From the IMG/VR virus record IMGVR_UViG_2882649382_000014: a stretch of 64,000 bases of DNA; one strand, given 5' to 3'. Numbering within the stretch: the stretch's first letter is position 1; each line of letters begins with the position of its first letter. Shown here piece by piece: positions 60,075-64,000 of the stretch. The position numbers were made by a program, and so were the translations under genes. A model generated the notes under the pieces. The model saw nothing but the letters and a program-made list of their open reading frames with translations. It was not told where the DNA came from and made no database searches. This DNA comes from an uncultured virus (IMG/VR IMGVR_UViG_2882649382_000014) (Duplodnaviria; Heunggongvirae; Uroviricota; Caudoviricetes).

Positions 60075-61361
60075 ATGAATAGCAAAGAAAGGCATGAGGC
60101 TAGATACCAAAGAAGAAAGGCGGCGCGGGAAGAAAAACGACGTGCGCGGCTAGGGAAATACGACAATTTCAACAATCTTTTAGACGCCAATAATTTAATT
60201 GGTGCCTTTGAGCGTTCACAAAAAGGCGTGTCGTGGAAATCAAGCGTACAACGGTATGAAATGAACCTATTACAGCAAACAAACGATAGCCGAAAGAAAC
60301 TAGCCGCAGGGGAGCCAGCGGCACAAGGGTTTATTGAGTTTGATTTGAGGGAACGCGGGAAAATGAGGCATATTAAAAGCGTCCACATAAAGGAGCGTTG
60401 CATACAAAGGGTACTATGCGATCATGCGTTAGTACCGGTATTATCTAACAGTCTGATATATGATAATGGCGCAAGTCTTGAAAACAAGGGCATACATTTT
60501 TCACTAAACAGACTGGATAAACATTTACACTGGTATTATAGGCACAACGATTTCAGTAACGAGGGCTATATTTTATTGATTGACTTTAGTAGTTATTTTG
60601 ATAACATACGCCACGAGCATTGCTACAACATAATTAACAAGAGTTTTGAGGATCAGCGTATTAAGAATTTAACAAAAGAACTGATAGAGCCATTCAGAGG
60701 AAAAGACGGATCCGCAAAATCTTTGGGAATAGGCAGCCAGATTTCGCAGATTTTGGCAATTAGTTATCCAAACACTATAGATCATTTCATTAAAGAAGAA
60801 TTAGGGATTAAATGCTATGGTAGATACATGGACGACAGCTATATTATTCACAGAGATAAAAAGTATTTAAGAAAATGCTTAGATATTTTGCGGGAAAAGT
60901 ACAAAGAGTTGGGAATTGTGGTAAACGAAAAGAAAACACAGATTGTAAAAATAAGCCGCGGCTTTACTTTTCTTAAAACGCGCCACTATCTGACAGAGAG
61001 CGGAAAAATAATAAAGAAACCGTGCAAGGCGTCAATAACCAGAGAGCGCAGAAAGCTAAAGAGGCTTAAAAAGAAAGAATTAGAGGGCTTAGTATTGTTC
61101 AAAGAGATACATACACAGTACAAGTCTTGGAGAGGGCACATAAGCCACACAAACGCATATCAGACAATACAAAATATGGATAAGCTATTTAATTCCTTAT
61201 TTGTATTCAATAAAGAAAATGGAGGTATAGAGCATGGAAACACTACGTTTCGCAGGTTCCAAGAGAACCTACCCGGCAGGGTTCGTAAAATTATGCGAGA
61301 ACAGAATATTGATTATATCCCCGGATTTGAAAGCGGATATAGTCAATACGGAAAAAATTGA
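60075..61361 (+). CDS. DGR reverse transcriptase
   Basis: ERCIQR, IDFSSYFDNI, LGIGSQISQ, YGRYMDD. Confidence 0.95.
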   Translation: MNSKERHEARYQRRKAAREEKRRARLGKYDNFNNLLDANNLIGAFERSQKGVSWKSSVQRYEMNLLQQTNDSRKKLAAGEPAAQGFIEFDLRERGKMRHIKSVHIKERCIQRVLCDHALVPVLSNSLIYDNGASLENKGIHFSLNRLDKHLHWYYRHNDFSNEGYILLIDFSSYFDNIRHEHCYNIINKSFEDQRIKNLTKELIEPFRGKDGSAKSLGIGSQISQILAISYPNTIDHFIKEELGIKCYGRYMDDSYIIHRDKKYLRKCLDILREKYKELGIVVNEKKTQIVKISRGFTFLKTRHYLTESGKIIKKPCKASITRERRKLKRLKKKELEGLVLFKEIHTQYKSWRGHISHTNAYQTIQNMDKLFNSLFVFNKENGGIEHGNTTFRRFQENLPGRVRKIMREQNIDYIPGFESGYSQYGKN

Positions 61362-61542
61362 ATTGCTTAACAAGCAGGGCAAAGCATACGGAGTATATGA
61401 AAACTATACTACAGTATGGAAAGAAGTTGAGGGCGGTTTTATCCTATCAAATGACGGTTCAGTGTATGAGGAGCCAGTTATTGAGGAGCCGCAGGAAATG
61501 TTAGATCCGTCAGTTAAGCAGGGAGAGGAGGAAACAGAATGA
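61234..61542 (+). CDS. Hypothetical phage protein
   Basis: GGAGG RBS; FILSNDGSVY; overlaps the RT 3' end. Confidence 0.65.
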   Translation: METLRFAGSKRTYPAGFVKLCENRILIISPDLKADIVNTEKIELLNKQGKAYGVYENYTTVWKEVEGGFILSNDGSVYEEPVIEEPQEMLDPSVKQGEEETE

Positions 61543-62087
61543 AAGAAACATTGTTAAAATTTGATATTGGAGGGTTAAAATTGAGCATATCGGCAGCATT
61601 TACAGCAGCGGCGGCACTTTTCAATAAAGTACCAACGCTGCTTATTTTATTTATGGCAGCAGTAGTGATTGATTATTTAACAGGTTGGGTAAAAGCAGCC
61701 TTTTTCTTGAAAGAATGGAATAGCCAGACAGGGTTACAAGGGATCATCAAAAAAGCTATGTATTTTGTGCTAATCGGCGTGGCGTTTTTGATTGGTTACG
61801 GAATAAAGACCATAGGGACACAGATAAGCCTTGATCTGGATTTTTCTATCTATATTGGTTGGTATGTAACGGCAGTTATGTTAATCAATGAATTTACAAG
61901 CATATTAGAAAATCTATATGTTATCATGCCGGAAAAAGTGCCTACATGGTTAGTAAAGGTGTTAAGGGTTACGGATAACAAATTAGATAATACGATCAAT
62001 GGTATTGTGTGCAAAAATCAGAATTGCGAAATTTGCAGTATCAAAGATCGGTGCAACCACTACAAAACAAAAGAAATGGAGGGCTAA
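61539..62087 (+). CDS. Holin (toxin secretion/phage lysis family)
   Basis: IDYLTG, GIIKK, NEFTSILEN. Confidence 0.9.
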   Translation: MKETLLKFDIGGLKLSISAAFTAAAALFNKVPTLLILFMAAVVIDYLTGWVKAAFFLKEWNSQTGLQGIIKKAMYFVLIGVAFLIGYGIKTIGTQISLDLDFSIYIGWYVTAVMLINEFTSILENLYVIMPEKVPTWLVKVLRVTDNKLDNTINGIVCKNQNCEICSIKDRCNHYKTKEMEG

Positions 62088-62090
62088 AAC

Positions 62091-62972
62091 ATGAGCGTAA
62101 AAATCGGACACGCAAGCATTGACGAACGCGGGAAAGCAAGAGGAGGAGCAGCAGGAGATCAGACCGGCAGGGAGGTTTGCACAAGAAACTGGTATAATAA
62201 ACCGTGGATAGCGGTTATTAGACCGAAAAGCAGCACAGCAGCCGAGAAAATCGCAAAAGCTATGGAGGCGGCTTGCGCAAATAACAATATCGGCTACGAC
62301 CAGAACGAAAGGACGACGCTTTACATAAAGGCAAAGGCTAATAACTGGAATATCGCAGGCATTAAAAGCAAGTGCGAAACAGATTGTAGCGCGTTGGTTG
62401 CAGTATGCGTAAACGCAGCCGGAATAAGCGTAAGCAAAGACATATACACCGGGAACGAAAAAAGCGCACTGGTGGCGACCGGGAAATTTACAGCGCACAC
62501 GGAAAGTAAGTATTTGACGACTGATAATTATTTGAAACGCGGCGACATTTTATTAGCAAGCGGTCATACGGCGGTAGTGTTGAGCAACGGATCCAAAGCA
62601 ACAGCGGGAGGAAATGCAAATGCAGACGCAAGCGCGCCGGATAAATACAAAGAAATCATTAGATCATTGCAAACGGCATTAAACAGCGAGTATAAAGCAG
62701 GTTTGGTGGTTGACGGAGTACCGGGTAGCAAGACTTTTGGGGCAACGCCAACGCTTAATAAGAAAACAAGGGCGAAGAAACCAAAGACGGTTAAGGCATT
62801 GCAGAGCCTTTTAACCTATTATGGTTATAAATGTGATGTAGACGGAGATTTTTACACAGCCACAGAAAAAATGGTTAAGAGTTTCCAGAGGGAAGTTGTA
62901 GGACAGAAAAACCCGGACGGAGAAGTAACGGCTAAAAATGCCACATGGAAAAAGTTGTTAAAGTTATCATAA
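62091..62972 (+). CDS. Endolysin (CHAP/NlpC-P60-like plus peptidoglycan-binding domains)
   Basis: CETDCSA, GHTAVV, LVVDGVPG, VDGDF. Confidence 0.9.
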   Translation: MSVKIGHASIDERGKARGGAAGDQTGREVCTRNWYNKPWIAVIRPKSSTAAEKIAKAMEAACANNNIGYDQNERTTLYIKAKANNWNIAGIKSKCETDCSALVAVCVNAAGISVSKDIYTGNEKSALVATGKFTAHTESKYLTTDNYLKRGDILLASGHTAVVLSNGSKATAGGNANADASAPDKYKEIIRSLQTALNSEYKAGLVVDGVPGSKTFGATPTLNKKTRAKKPKTVKALQSLLTYYGYKCDVDGDFYTATEKMVKSFQREVVGQKNPDGEVTAKNATWKKLLKLS

Positions 62973-62991
62973 TCAGAGGAGGTAAAGGAAA

Positions 62992-63258
62992 ATGGCAGCA
63001 GCAAAGAACGCTACAGCGGCGAAAGAGGCAGCAAAACCGGCAAAGGAGTATAAAGTTACCGGTAAAGGTTTTAAGAGCAAATCAGAGGCAAATACAGAAC
63101 TTAAAAAGGTATTTGAAAAAGGTTTTAAGAGTGCCGGGCTTATGGTGCAGGGCAGCGAATTTGTTATATTATTCGGGACATATACCACAGCGCAGATCGC
63201 AAAAGCAAACGCGGCAGCAGTAGAAAAGGCAGGATTTACAGCGACAGTAACAGAGTAA
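62992..63258 (+). CDS. SPOR-domain protein
   Basis: Two SPOR-like repeats (FKSKSEA; FGTYTTAQIAKA...AGF). Confidence 0.7.
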   Translation: MAAAKNATAAKEAAKPAKEYKVTGKGFKSKSEANTELKKVFEKGFKSAGLMVQGSEFVILFGTYTTAQIAKANAAAVEKAGFTATVTE

Positions 63259-63293
63259 AGGAAATGAAATACAGAAACGAAATTGAAAGAGTA

Positions 63294-63322
63294 GCCGGGG
63301 CAGACGCCCCGGCACTTTTTTT
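63294..63322 (+). terminator. Late operon terminator
   Basis: GCCGGGGC...GCCCCGGC followed by ACTTTTTTT. Confidence 0.8.
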
Positions 63323-63340
63323 ATTGGGAAAATTTATAAA

Positions 63341-63386
63341 ATATTACAGAATATGTATTGACATATTACAGAATATGTTATAAAAT
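63341..63386 (+). promoter_or_regulatory. Promoter with a tandem operator-like repeat
   Basis: TTGACA(63358)-17 bp-TAAAAT(63381); ATATTACAGAATATGT at 63341 and 63363. Confidence 0.75.
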
Positions 63387-63430
63387 AATAATGTAATCAG
63401 TTAAGGGGCTACACCGTAAAGGAGTAGCAA

Positions 63431-63556
63431 ATGATAATAATAAAAGTGCTTTTGGAAATAGCCATTGTAACAGTGACAATCTTAGAAGTGATAAAGGAAA
63501 TTAAAAAAGGGGCTGACACCGACCAAGACGACAACCCCAAAGACCGTAAAGAGTAA
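63431..63556 (+). CDS. Small hydrophobic peptide, type I toxin-like (41 aa)
   Basis: MIIIKVLLEIAIVTVTILEVIKEIKKGADTDQDDNPKDRKE; AAGGAG RBS. Confidence 0.65.
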   Translation: MIIIKVLLEIAIVTVTILEVIKEIKKGADTDQDDNPKDRKE

Positions 63557-63581
63557 CTTGTAAACCAAGCCCCTTAACTTG
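63503..63581 (-). ncRNA. Putative antisense antitoxin sRNA
   Basis: Minus-strand TTGACT(63615-10)-17 bp-TAAAGT; terminator GGGGTTG...CAGCCCC-TTTTTT. Confidence 0.55.
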
Positions 63582-63632
63582 GTTACACTTTATCACAGAA
63601 AGATAATAAAGTCAAGACAGGAGGTTTTGGAA

Positions 63633-63824
63633 ATGAGGACGAGCAAAGACGGAAAGGAATTTAATCAGATTGCCTACCAGAATGACTATAAACGAGAAAA
63701 GTATGATCGTATGGAATTGCTACTACCAAAGGGGAGAAAAGAAATATTGAAGAAAAAAGCAAAAGCAGCGGGGGTAAGTATGAGCGAATATATAAATAGC
63801 TTATTGGAAAAAGAATTAGGGTAA
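63633..63824 (+). CDS. Ribbon-helix-helix (Arc-like) DNA-binding protein
   Basis: YDRMELLLPKGRKE...GVSMSEYI. Confidence 0.75.
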   Translation: MRTSKDGKEFNQIAYQNDYKREKYDRMELLLPKGRKEILKKKAKAAGVSMSEYINSLLEKELG

Positions 63825-63913
63825 ATTTGCACATGATACAACGCCATAGAAAACGCCGCAGGCTACCGAAATGGGATAGCCTACGGCGTTTTCTTGTGAG
63901 AGGAGGGTACACA

Positions 63914-64000
63914 ATGAGAACATTCAAGCAATTAACATTTAACGACCGCTTGAAAATAGAGGTATTATTAAAGGCGGGGCATAAGAAAAAGGAAATAGCG
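63914..64000 (+). CDS. N-terminus of an IS30-family transposase-like protein (runs off the window)
   Basis: MRTFKQLTFNDRLKIEVLLKAGHKKKEIA; AGGAGG RBS. Confidence 0.65.
   Translation, partial: MRTFKQLTFNDRLKIEVLLKAGHKKKEIA

Larger units (their letters stand above)
25443..64000 (+). mobile_element. Temperate myovirus-type prophage with DGR; right end lies beyond the window
   Basis: Co-oriented replication, packaging, head, contractile tail and lysis modules; left boundary approximate. Confidence 0.9.

Noticed and set aside
60075..61361. RT as a group II intron or retron enzyme
   Set aside because: The avd, TR and adenine-specific VRs define a DGR; no maturase/endonuclease extension is evident
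61234..61361. 128-nt overlap of the RT with the next gene as a regulatory feature
   Set aside because: Most simply a drifted stop codon; no further support
1..64000. CRISPR array or rRNA
   Set aside because: No regularly spaced repeat-spacer units or rRNA-like sequence seen

Overview
The window, probably from a Clostridia/Lachnospiraceae-like host, holds two phage-derived blocks. (1) 1-22.5 kb, minus strand: an orphan siphophage-type tail module (tape measure, Dit-like, Tal with C-terminal chaperone, BppU-like, several fibre-like genes) plus a DinJ/YafQ pair. Its tape measure gene is split by a ~1.5-kb group I intron (19440-20957). The intron has no homing endonuclease; instead it carries an antisense Cys-rich passenger gene with its own promoter and terminators. 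Splicing would restore a 2370-aa protein, and a 24-nt internal guide sequence matches the predicted junction. (2) 23-25.3 kb: debris consisting of a truncated DDE transposase, an N-truncated tyrosine integrase and a uvrB fragment. (3) 25.4-64 kb, plus strand: a near-complete myovirus-type prophage (HUH-type Rep, ParA/ParB, two methyltransferases, tRNA-Ile(UAU), HK97-type head, Xkd-like contractile tail, lysis genes) ending in the start of an IS30-family transposase. It carries a complete diversity-generating retroelement (avd, TR, RT). The single TR matches two variable regions with adenine-only differences: the adjacent tail gene and a remote early-region gene ~31 kb away. Also seen: four genes broken at G/C homopolymer tracts and a type I toxin-antitoxin-like locus. 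Product calls rest on motif recognition and gene order; no database searches were run.
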